Below are positions 1 through 11,182 of a stretch of DNA of 64,000 bases, one piece after another. Below the pieces are notes generated by a model. That model made no database searches, was not told where the DNA came from, and saw only the letters and a list, made by a program, of their open reading frames with translations. This DNA comes from Anthoceros angustus (lineage: Eukaryota; Plantae; Anthocerotophyta). Every line of letters begins with the position of its first letter. The first letter of the stretch is position 1. Both the position numbers and the translations under genes were made by a program. The stretch lies in NCBI GenBank assembly GCA_010909165.1, contig MU008155.1, positions 248,001-312,000 on the forward strand. Direction: 5' to 3'.

Positions 1-1063
1 CTGGCGCATGCGAGGCCAGGTTATCACCAAGGTGATCCACCTTGGTGGCGAGTTCAATGGACAATGATCCGGGCTACCGCCCTTACTCGGTATCCGGCGG
101 ATCGGATATCAACCATCCGTTGGTTGTCCGCTGCGTTCGAGCCTCGGCGCGGCGCTGGCCCTATCTTCCCCGCCCGCCTTAAGGGGCTCGCGCCCCTTCT
201 TCCTCCTTGGGCGGTTGTAGGCCATCCTCGGGACCTCAGGTCCATCGCCTCGGGTCCTCCGGAGGTTCTTGGATCGGACCTCCTTGTTGATCGCCCGCAT
301 CTTCCAAACTACTCCGGACTAGCGTCAAAGGTCCGGACCATTTGGAACACGTCGGATGCCACTCTGCACCAATTCCCTGCTTCCTCCGGCGGGGCCCGAA
401 GTCCGGATAGCGCGGGTCACAATGTTGCGCTCCACGGTCCATGGCTCCCAGACTCCGGCTTTTGGGTGCCATTGCTTTCTCCTCCTCTTGTTCTTTATGC
501 TGGCGAGTCCGGCGCGATGTTCCTCCGCCGCGCGTTCTGCTCCAACGCCAGCGTGGCGCCCAAAAAGCGCCGAGCCGGATTGCGGGCGCAAGGCTGTGAG
601 GATTGCAGGCTGCCGTGACCTCCCTCCGCGCTTGTGGAAATGCTGGCGGAAGGCGCCTCTTCGTTGTCCGTAGCGCGAGTGCATGGCTCGACCCTACGCT
701 TCCGCTTACTCGGCCGCCGCGCGGCGCGGGCGTGAATACTGCCTGCGGCCTCGGCAAGGTTCACGGTCTGACCTCTGCATGCCCGACCTCCACTCGGGGC
801 CGTCCGTGCCTCATCCTCACGCCTCCGCTCCTAGGTTACTTTCCTGGCGTATCCTATTTTGACACAGGTGGGTTCGGACTTATCCGTTACTCCGGCGTAG
901 TCGAGCTTGCCATAGTGGTGGTCCGTTGTTCACTCCAGTCGGAGTATACTCGAGCCTCGTCCGGCTACCCCAATTTATTCCTCCTTTTCCGCCTTATTTA
1001 TCCTTCAATCCTAAAAAAGCGAAACCCTACTTATTTCTTAACTCCCGAAGTGCATAGCCCACA
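1..1063 (-). mobile_element. 3' LTR (partial, runs off window start) of Athila/Tat-like Ty3/gypsy element A
   Basis: Direct repeat of about 10060-11182. Its right edge (...AGCCCACA, i.e. TGTGGGCT on the minus strand) abuts a polypurine tract. Confidence 0.85.
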
Positions 1064-1075
1064 TACTCCCTTCTC
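1064..1075 (-). other. Polypurine tract of element A (GAGAAGGGAGTA on minus strand)
   Basis: Lies between the integrase end and the TG-starting LTR. The identical 12-mer precedes the 3' LTR of element B at 62833-62844. Confidence 0.8.
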
Positions 1076-1084
1076 ATCATTGGC

Positions 1085-4000
1085 GTCTCCAACACTAAAC
1101 ATGATACTTCTTCACCGCCACCCGTTCCCAGTGGGCAGCGACTCTCCATCTAGGCGCCGTGGTGGGCCGGACCCGTTGTCATATACTTGCACCACTTGGT
1201 ACGGACCCATCCATCTCGGTGAAGTTTGCGAAAATGCATGACGACTATCATAAAGGAGGGCGGGTCCCCCCTTTACATACTCGATTCGCGATCGTGATCG
1301 TGCCAAATCTTTATTTGGTTTTGCACCAATGCATCTTCAATGAGCTTCTTCCCATCCTCGTGTCTTTGAACAAACCCCAAGAGTCGCTCGATGGCTTTCC
1401 TCTGTCAGTCTCCTTCCATCATTACTCGAAAAGTGGGCACTTCAAACTCCCGGCATTACGGAGAGTGTCCGTAGGTCAAGTAAGGGTCCGTTGTGTGGTC
1501 ACCTTCTGCTGTCCGGGCAGTCACGGATGGCGGCTTGGTATCCGATCATGGGCGTAGTTCCGTGAGTTTATTCGAGATCCTGCGGATGAGCCCATTTGTC
1601 TTCTCTGTCGGCCATTGGCCTTAGGATTGTAGGGTGCCGTCTTGCGATGATTGATGCGAAATACTCCGTCATGGCGGCCACCACATCATTAAGGAAATGG
1701 GTTCCCCTATCACTTACCAATGCGGACATCCGTCGGGGTTATGATGTTCTCGTGCGAGAATTTGGCCACGGTGTTTGCGAGTCCGTTCTTGTCATACCGC
1801 CTCTACCCACAGTGCGATGTCCGTTGCCACCGGGATGTATCTCCTTTGTGTGTGTTGTCTTGTAGGTGTATGGGTCCAACAAAGTCAATACCCCACTTTT
1901 CGAAGGTGCGGTGCCAATATCGGTACTAGCGGCCTTGTGTCGGGGTTGGCTTTCCGATCCGACAAGCATCACACTTCTTCTAAGCGGTGGGTGTCCCCAT
2001 ACATTGTTGGCCACCGGTATCCGCTTCAAAATCTTTTGGTGGTGACTGTCTTGCGTAGTGTCCTCCCCAATCCTTCGTGCATTCCCCGACCGCTCCTCTC
2101 TGCGGTTGTAAGTACCTTCGTTCTACTCCGTCGGCCCTAATTTGAACACACACCGTTGTACATTACGAAGGGTCGAGCATAGTGCGAATGCCTCCCTCAT
2201 CCCGAGTCGATTTTGAAGCTCCATTCCCAGGTACCGCTCCATTTCTTCGTGGGTCGGACGGCGGACCCTCCCTTCTCCGCTTACCTAATGCCGATTCTCG
2301 TAGCTTGGGGTTCGGTCGGGGGCTCCTCGGTTGTACTTTTCGGCAACCAATGTCTCATCCGGAGCATCTTCACGATCTCTCAACACCTTGTGTTTTCAAT
2401 CGTGGAAATCGCATTTTGGTCTGCCTCCCTTGTCTTGTTTCCACTTGACGTGAACTCCTGCAGCAACAATATCCACCTTGCTATCCGTCCGGACAGTCCG
2501 CCTTATTCACCGGATGCTTAAAGTGGTCTACATAGAACACAAACTCCTTTGGGTAGCGGTAGTGTCGAATTTCTTGACGCATATACCATACCCGGTGCTT
2601 GGCCTCTGGTTGTGTATTTTCGTTCAGCGTGGGTGGTGTCGTCCGGTAGTATACGGGATAATCCCGCGTCTTACGGCTCGGCACTACTCCGATAGCAAAG
2701 CGGACACGTCTACATACACATGAAATTTCTGCTCGATCCGGTCCTCTTAGAACTGCGCTTACCAAGGTGTTACGTAAATCCGAAGGCCTCCTCTCGCTCA
2801 CGTGACGGTCCAAACCTCCTCCTTCCGATAGTTACATCAACTTAGCCCTCTTCGCAAAGTCCTTAATAAACCGTAGTATCCCACCATTCGAAACCTCTCG
2901 GCTCCTTTAGGTTCGTCGGTGGTGGAGGCGGATGACCGGACCTTGTCTGGTCCACCTCGATTCCAGGCACCCGATGTCGACAAGATTCCCTCCGTCATTC
3001 CAAAGTAGCATTTCTCGGGTGTAGGCTCAATTGAGTCTCCGGCGCTCAAGCACCTTCTTAGATGTCCAAGGTGTTTGTCCTGCTCCCCATGCACACAAAA
3101 ATCATCCGGAATATCTCCATGAAGTCCCTCGAAGTCACGGAAGGCGTTGGTCACCATACGCATGAGCGACCACAGGCGCTCGGTCATCCCAAAGGCACTT
3201 CTCTTGTAGGCAAACGTACCCCACTCCGTAGTGAAGGTCGTCTTGTCGGTCCGACTCCCTTAGGTGCAATTGGTTGTATCCGGAGTAGCCATCCGAGGAA
3301 GGAGTAAGTAGTCCGTCCGACCACCTTGTCCAAAATGTCGTCTGAATGGCATCGGAAGTGGTCCTTCTCCGTTCGGCGTTGAGCTTCCTCCAATCTTGGC
3401 ATACCGAATTTGTCTGGCTTTCTTGGGAACCACCACACCTAGCGACCCACTGGACGATGGGGAAAATGATGTCTGCCTCCGGTACTTATCAAGGACCTCC
3501 TTCACCTTGATCGAATACTTGGGGTTGAGCTTGTATTGTCGGATTGAGCTCCGGCTTCAAATCGATCTTATGCTCTCCCACTTCTTGAATGCCCTTCATG
3601 TCCGTGACCTTGAAGGCGAACACCTCATAAAACTCCCCAGCTTTAGTCCTTCCTTGGTCCGAGGCATGCCTTTCTTAAACTTGAGAATTTGCTGGCGGAC
3701 CTCCACTTCTTCCACGTCGTCCGGGTTCACCGTCTCCGTTCGTCTTTGCCTCCTGCGTCAAACCCCTCGTCCTCCTCTCGGGATCGTCCTCTCGCATCCC
3801 CATTCTCTGAAGAGCTCGTCGGAGGTGAATCGTGTTACTCCTTGATGTCCGCTTTTCCTTGGTCCGACTCTTGTTGTCTCCCCTTGTCTTTGGTCCGACC
3901 TCCTCTTCACTTCCTTCCTCCGGCCCGTTGTGGCGTTTACTCAAAACAATCAACCACTTCCGCCAAAGGCATCCATGATAGTCCATCTCCTCCTCGGACC

Positions 4001-6660
4001 GGCGGATCTTGGCGAAAGTCGCCTCCTCGGAACTATCTTGTTCGTCGCCCGAGTCCTCCGAGGTATACCCCGGTAGTGCTCACGGTTTCCCCACAATAGG
4101 TGTCCTTGCTCCGGTGAGCAACCCTCCCTTCGCACCTTAGGGTCCCATCCACCGGCTTGAAGTGAATCTCCTTCCTTCCAAAGTGTAGCTTTATGCAGGC
4201 CAACCATGGCCGCGACAACACCTCATACCCTAATGGTCCGGCGGTTTGATCACAACAAAATCCGGTTTGTAGGGTGCGGCTATGGTGGCCAAGACTCGGT
4301 TAACTCCCCGCGGATCTCTTCTTGACATATACGCCATTCTCGAGTCTTCGTTGAGGTTGAAGGATGTGAAGCCCAATTTTTCGTGCTTGTGATGAGGTTG
4401 ACTCGGACCCGTGTTCAGCAGTACATCCTTGATGATACATCCAATCTCCACTTGTACCACTGGCGCCCCAGGTCCGTATGGGACACCACCCTCACTTCCA
4501 CTGCTACCCTTCACGGCTTTGGTGCTCCGGTGGGTTTCCCCTAACGGCCCCGGACCTCTTGTCGGTATTTGGGTTATCCCTCGGCGGTGTCGAAAGGACA
4601 CAAGGTCTGCGATTCATCATCGGTCCGCCACATTAAAGGCGAGGCTTCTACCCCCAATCGAGGATCCTGCTGCTGCGTCCTCATCCTCTCCCCCGGGTCA
4701 CTTCGTGTTCTGGTATTCTCCGGATGCTTGCGCATTTCCTCCTGCAACATCTCAGTCACCTCCCGGACTACGTCCGGTGGAAACTGCGTCGCCGTCGCGG
4801 GAGGCACCGTTCCCTTCTCCCTGTCCTGTACCGGAGAACTTCCTTCGGGTAATCCCTCCGGCAGAGCTGCCCGTCCCAGCCCTCCTTCATCGGTCGGATC
4901 CTCTGCTGGTATTTCCGTTTGATTGCCTTCCTCGGCGTCCGTGACGCTTCCTCCAGTCTTGTTCTTCTTCAACTGGCGCCTTTCTCGTCGCTCCTTCCTT
5001 GACTACAGTAGACACCTCAAGATTTCCACGCGACTCCTTCCTTTCGACACCCCCACCGTACCTTCTTGTTCTTTTCCATCTCGCGTACCTCAGAATCTCT
5101 TCCCTCCATGGCCAGAGCATCTTGACTTGCCGTGCAGTAGTCTTAGGAGGTGGCGTTGGTGGTCGGGTTCTCCGCTTGGTGTGGCATATCGTACCGTCCT
5201 TGTCGGGGTTGGGACATAGCGTCTTGCACTGTATGCCCTTGCGATCGCCACACGGCTCGAAGTCCCCATTACCACCTGCCTGGGTGAGTACGGACACGTT
5301 GGAGTAATGGCGAGATTCCCGTTCCAAGACCACCGTCGGAGGATACGAAGGGCTCCCATGCGGTCTTTGCATCGGTGGGGCTCGTTGTATTGACGGACCT
5401 CCGGTTGGCGGATACATGGTTTTGGGATATCGCGGCCCGGAGGGCTTCACATGACATAGGCCTCTTCCCATTGCTCCTCGGCCTCCTCCTCGTGTCGTAG
5501 TCCACTTGATGCACCGGCCTTGAGGCGGTTGGACTTCGAATGGCGTGTTCTTGGCACGGCACACGAGATGCGTTCGCACCGTGGTCGGTGTTTTCCGCGC
5601 TCTCGGTCCTTAACACAGTTTATCGCTGGTCCTCTACTCTCTTTATCACTTTTCCGGGTCCTCCCGGACACACTACCTCCTTTGAGGGAGTCGGGTCGGT
5701 GAGCTTCTCGGACGGTCTTGGTGTCACCACCTCCTTCTTACCCTGCTTCTTTTTAGCCGGGGCTTTCTTGCCCTTCTTCTTGCGGGGATACTCTTCCTCG
5801 CTAGAGACCTCCGTCTCTTCTTCGGACGACTGCTCCTCCTCCGAAGACACCTCCGATTGGTCTTCCTCCTCCTCTGAAGACTCTTCCTCCTCGGAGTCTG
5901 AACCCCGTTTCTTCTTCTTCTTCTTGCCTCCTTGAGCGGATTTCTTTATCCTCTGATGTAGCGATTCCTCGTAGTTTTCGGCCGCTCGACCGCCTTGCCC
6001 ACGTCCTTCTCGGCTAGCGGCGGGGCGTGCAGCCATGGGTTTGGCTAGACCGGCCGAACCACCGTACGCTTGCATCGTGGTATGGGTTGGATGCCGATCC
6101 TCGGGGCATAGAACCGCTCGATGTCTGAGCCCGGCTTCTCCTTCTTCCTCGCTTGATTTTCCAACTTTGATAATACATACCCCTCTGGTCGATCCCTCGA
6201 AACCGTTCTAAGAAGGCATTTTCAAAGCTTCAAGCGAGGCGGGTGGGGCATTCTCCGGTGGTCGGTACTTTCTCCGATACCATTGAGCGTTGTCCTCGGA
6301 GAACCCCTTGGAAAATGGATGAGCTGCGGCTCCCTCTCCGTTGAAGTTGGCTTTGGACATGAAGTCCTCCACAAAGGTCTCGCATCCGCTCCTTCTTCCC
6401 TCCGAATATGGAGTCGCTTGTTTGGTCGAGGTAGGGGCCATGGCTGCCATCGATTGGGTTAGGCGTGGTCCTACCTTCTTCCGTTGGCGTCCCTTGTACC
6501 CGTACTCGTCTTGGTCCGACAATTCGACCACGTTCTCCCTCCTCGATCGGCGGTGCTCTCGTTGGGTTTGGCGTCTCTCTCTCCACGGCTCGGAGGCGCG
6601 AGGTGACCACGTCCGATCCTCCTGACGGTTCACTCTTGACCGTCGACCACGCATTCACTT
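1085..6660 (-). pseudogene. gag-pol of non-chromovirus (Athila/Tat-like) Ty3/gypsy element A, frameshifted
   Basis: Minus-strand fragments in PR-RT-RH-INT order: integrase C-terminal RWMGPYQVVQVY and core APFEKWGID, RNase H DYPVYY and KEFVFYVDH, RT motifs near 2.9-3.4 kb, gag QYRRKYRPPENAP with an acidic/basic low-complexity linker. No chromodomain seen. Confidence 0.85.
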
Positions 6661-6702
6661 ACCTTCTCTTCCTAAGGGCGCGCTGCACCACAGACCGATT
6701 TC

Positions 6703-6717
6703 ATTCCCGGCAGCGCC
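6703..6717 (-). other. Primer binding site, tRNA-Asp type (TGGCGCTGCCGGGAA)
   Basis: Follows the LTR end ...GTCGCGCCA + TTTTT on the minus strand. Degenerate match to TGGCGCCGTTGCCGGG, the tRNA-Asp PBS typical of Athila-like elements. Confidence 0.75.
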
Positions 6718-6723
6718 AAAAAA

Positions 6724-9700
6724 TGGCGCGACTTTTCGATGGCCGGCGCGCACAATCCGTGTCGTTGTAGGAAGAAGTCCGTTCCCAAAGGGAATGATAG
6801 GCCCGTTCGCGTTTGGTGATTCTTACCGTCCTTAGCGCTCGTTCGACCTCAACACACACATACTCCTAACTACTCACGTTCACCGTCTGGGCCGGTATGG
6901 CCAAGCGTTTAAGACCCGTTGCGTCCGTATCGTTCACATCCGTCCTCACGCATCCGTCCTTTCCTCTCTCTCTCACGCTACACTCTTGGTCTTAGAAAAA
7001 GCCGGGTTACGGACCTCCTCCGTCGTTCGCGGGCCTCTCCGTCCGGGCTCTACACGCCCTCCGAGTTCCTCCGGCTCACACGTTCAGTCCGTTCGGTGCG
7101 GCGCGGCTCGGGACCGCGGGTCGATCACCCTTCCACGCACACACCACAGCGCGTTAAGTCGTCACGGGACCTTGATCAATCTCCCGGGCCGTGCACCTTT
7201 CGGTGACTCGGGACTCACGTTAGCAAGAAGACTCACAAAGGTGCAAGCGGCATCAACACCAAGAGAAAGATGCTTTACTAGGCGACCTCGGCCCTCTTAT
7301 CTGCGCCCAAGGTGGCGTCTTTATTACACCCCTATTACGGTGATAGCCAGCGGTATACCCTAATCGACGCCTACCATCCTATTTTCCCCTATCTCCTTCG
7401 CCCGGTGGGGGAAGGTCACAGGCCGCCTCGGAATGGGTGGTCCAATCCCCGTCAGCGGTTGTGGCGCCAATCGGATGATCCGTGAGGCCCCTCCTCTCCC
7501 GGAATCACAGGTTGGGCTCGTGATCGACGCCGTTACCACGCGTCATCCTCCCCACAGCCTCCACAGGTCCTTGCCGGTGGGGCCACCCTATCTGCTCCCC
7601 TAAGCGTAAGTCGAAGGGGCTCCTCCTTCTTGCCGGCCGGTCCTCGAGGTCTGTCTCGACTCACGAACTTGAGTCCGGCTTATTCGTCCGGCCGGCTAGG
7701 TCCGACCTTGTCTGGGTCCGGACCTCGGGGTCGGACTTATTACGAGTCCGGACTTGAGTCCGGACTTATTCTGGTCGGACTTGAGTCGGCCTCCCTCTGA
7801 GTCCGGACAAAGTCCGGACTCCACCGGGTTTCCTCCCTCACGGGACTCCTCCGTGGCTCTCCTCGAAGTCCTCCATGTTCCCGATCGCCCGGTGACTCCC
7901 GTTGGCCCCTCCTTCCATGGTGAGGTGCGGGTGCTTACCTCGATCGCATCCGCTCGCTCCTCGTTCGCTCCTCCGGTTGCTCCTCTCCGCGCTCCGTCAT
8001 CTCCAAGCAGGGCCACTAGGGTCCTGTCTTGTCCCGTGGCCTTCATCTCCTTGAGCCTTCCGGTCCGTCCGTTTCTGTGGTCGAGGCTTCGCCTTGGGAG
8101 CTCGGCGTGGTAATAGGCAAAGTCAGATCGACTTGTTGAATTGCCTCTTCCACGTGTGCGGGCACCGATACTCCCTCCGCCATAAGTGTTAGGGAGGCGT
8201 CTTTGCCCGGCTTGTTGGGCCACCTCTGCCGGTTGTGGTGGGGCCGGGCGTATCACGCGAGGCTACAAGGCGGCCTCGGTCACCTCCCCAGTGCCACGCT
8301 CACTGCTCCGTCGTTTCTCTCCATTGCCCGGCTTACCGCCATGGCCTTCCGCCTTTCTCTGGACGGCTTCTTTCGCCCCGATGCTCGCTCCTCCGTTCAT
8401 TACGGCCTTTAGCTCCGGCTCCTCTCCAGGCGGTCGGATACCTCCTCGCTCGGACTTCCTCCGGCTCATACAGCGCAGCAGCGTCCAACTCCTTGGATAG
8501 TCGCGATTTTCCTCCGTCTTGAGGCGGGCTACTCTATTTCGTGCTCGGTCGTGGATTCTCTCGTTGAGAATCACTGCTTCTCAAGCGCATCTTGGGTTGT
8601 AGCTCCAGCGTGTCCTTCATCCTCCATCTGCGCCTCTCCTCTACTTCCTGCAGCTGTACTCGGAGATCTCCTATCTCCCGAGTTCTGGCCTCCATCTCCT
8701 CCTTCCTGGCCTTGCACGCTCCATAGCACTTTGTCGGCCTTGAGTTAGCCTCAGTGCGACTCTCTCCACCGGTTCCGATCACGTCTGTAGTGATCCCGGT
8801 CGCTCTTTGCCGCGGCTTCCGACTCCTTCGCCGCCTTTACCTGGGCTTCGCCCACTTGGCGCTGCTCTAGCCGGGCCGCCTCCGCCAGGTCCCGAGCTCT
8901 CTCTGCTTGTGCCCGGGCCTCTTCCGCCTCCTGCTGCGCTTCCCCCCTTCGCAGCAAGGTCCTCCGCCGCGCTTGGCCTCTGAGCTTGCTTGGTGCTGGT
9001 GAAGAACCTTAACCAGTCTGCTTGAACGCCGGGCCTCGCGCTCCGCCACCCGGCGTTTCCCTTCCTCGATCCGGCGAGGGACTCCGCCTTTCCTTTGCCC
9101 CACGGCCGCCTTCACTTGCTCTTGGGTTCCACCATCCTCCTCGGGTGGCCTCCACTTCAGGTCTTCTTCCATTGTACCACGAGACCCCAAAGCATTCCGT
9201 CCATGGCGGTAGCAGACTCGCCGTGTTTCTTCCACGGCCGGTGAGGCCCCACAAAGTCCGTAGTGGGGCCGGCATTTCTCGGTCCGCCAGGACCTCCATA
9301 TGATCCGGAGTAAGTCGGGGTTGGGTTCTCGGACCTAATCGGGACCCTCGGGTCACAGTGGTGAGTCGAGTCTCACCCTCTTGGCCCTCTTGGCCTCTAA
9401 CTCCTTTGTGCCCTCTTTCTCACAGGGCTCGGAGGAGGTGAGGGGTCGGGAGCAAGCTCTTTTGCCCCTTCACAGCCGGGGCAGGGGCCGGCTCAGTGGG
9501 GCTGCGATGACCTCTGCTCCTTGGGCCACGTCCCTTTCCCTCCTTACCGCCTCTTGACCTCTTGCCACTCCGTGGGCGGGGTAAGTCGGCACCTTCGAGG
9601 TCTGCGTTGGTAAGCGGCACCGTCTTCCGCCTCTTGGCTCCCGTTGAGTTCGTCGGGGCTCGGCGTCGTGGTTGTTGGCTGTTGTCTGCCGGTGCGGGCC

Positions 9701-11182
9701 GTACGCCCTCGGCATCGGCTCCCTCTGTCGCTCGGAGGGCACCAAAAGGAGGAAGGGGAATCGCCTCCCAAACTTCCACAGGTGGTGAGGGGTTCGCTCA
9801 GACGTATGGAGTCAGGAATCCCCGATCGTCCTCCTCCGAGTCCGCTTGGTCTTGAAGGGCGACCCCCACCTCAGGCGCCCTTGCACGCTCTACTTGGCGG
9901 GGCCTCCGGCCCGGCGCCCGTTCAAGCTCTCCCTCCTTGAGAGCTCGAAATGTCCCCATACATGAATCGGTATGGGGTCGGATGGCGAGGCTTCGCTCCT
10001 TAGCTTCGTGCCTCACTGGCAGGCGAAGATAATCCTTCCCGTCCGCTCTCTTCCTTGGGCGCATGCGAGAATACCAGCAGTTATCACCAAGGTGATCCAC
10101 CTTGGTGGCGGTTCAATGGACAATGATCCGGGCTACCGCCCTTACTCGTATCGGCGGATCGGATATCAACCATCCGTTGGTTGTCCGCTGCGTTCGAGCC
10201 TCGGCATCGCGGTGGCGGCCCTATCTTCCCCGCCGCCTTAAGGGGCTCGGCACCACGCCCCTTCTTCCTCCTTGGGCGGTTGTAGGCCATCCTCGGGACC
10301 TCAAGGTCCATCGCCTCGGGTCCTCCGGAGGTTCTTGGATCGGACCTCCTTGTTGATCGCCCGGCATCTTCGGGCAAACTCCGGACTAGAGTGGCGTCAA
10401 GGTCCGAGACCATTTGGAACACGTCCGGATGCCACTCGCACCAATTCCCACCTTCCTCCGGCCGGGGCCCGAAGTCCGGATAGCCGGGTCACAATGTTGC
10501 GCTCCACGGTCCATGGCTCCCAGACTCCGCGGCTTTTGGGTGCCATTGCTTCTCCTCCTCTGCTGGGCTGGCGAGTCGGGGCACGATGTTCCTCCTTCGC
10601 GCGTTGCTCTCCAACGGTGAGCGCGCTCTAAGGTGGCGCCCAAAAGATAGCGCGAGCGGATTGCGGGCGCAAGGGCTGTGAGGATTATGCAGGCTGCGCG
10701 GCGACCTCCCTCCTTGGCGCTTGTGGAAGTAACTGGCGGAAGGCGCCTCTTCGTTGTCCGTGCGCGAGTGCATGGCTTACTCGACCCTACGCTTCGCTTA
10801 CTGCGGCCTTCGCGCGCGCGCGGCGTGAATACTGCCTGCGGCCTCGGCAAGGTTACGGTCTGACCTCTGCATGCCCGACCTCCACTCGGGGCCGTCCGTG
10901 GCGCCGCCTCTCGTCATCCTCACGCCTCCGCTCCTAGGTTACTTTCACTGGCGTACTTATCCTATTTTGACACAGGTGGGTTCCGGACTTATCCGTTACT
11001 CGGCGTAGTCCGGAGCTTGCCATAGTGGTGTAGGGGTCCGTTGTTCACTCCAGTCCGGAGTATACTCGAGCCTCGTCCGCGCTACCCCAATTTATTCCTC
11101 CTTTTCCGCCTTATTTATCCTTCAATCCTAAAAAAGCAGAAACCCTACTTATTTCTTAACTCCCAGGAAGTGCATAGCCCAC
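6724..11182 (-). mobile_element. 5' LTR of element A (about 4.46 kb)
   Basis: Bounded by the PBS at 6723. At 11182/11183 similarity to 1-1063 stops exactly where the PPT lies in the other copy. Confidence 0.8.
7696..10850 (-). pseudogene. Frameshifted long ORF inside the LTR (globular N-terminal part, basic linker, coiled-coil part), same sense as gag-pol
   Basis: Chain of minus-strand ORF fragments: WHPKA, EWHPDVFQMV, RAVARIIV..NSPPRWITLV, then heptad-like AEEARAQAERARDLAEAARLEQRQ and ARKEEMEARTREIGDLRVQLQEVE. The N-terminal part is conserved in all four LTR copies in the window. Confidence 0.6.

Noticed and set aside
1-1063. Dating elements A and B from LTR-LTR divergence
   Set aside because: Differences are dominated by indels that look like sequencing error, so any age estimate would be unreliable.
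7696-10850. Calling the LTR ORF a true envelope (env) protein
   Set aside because: No signal peptide or transmembrane segment is evident in the fragments; they look soluble and coiled-coil.
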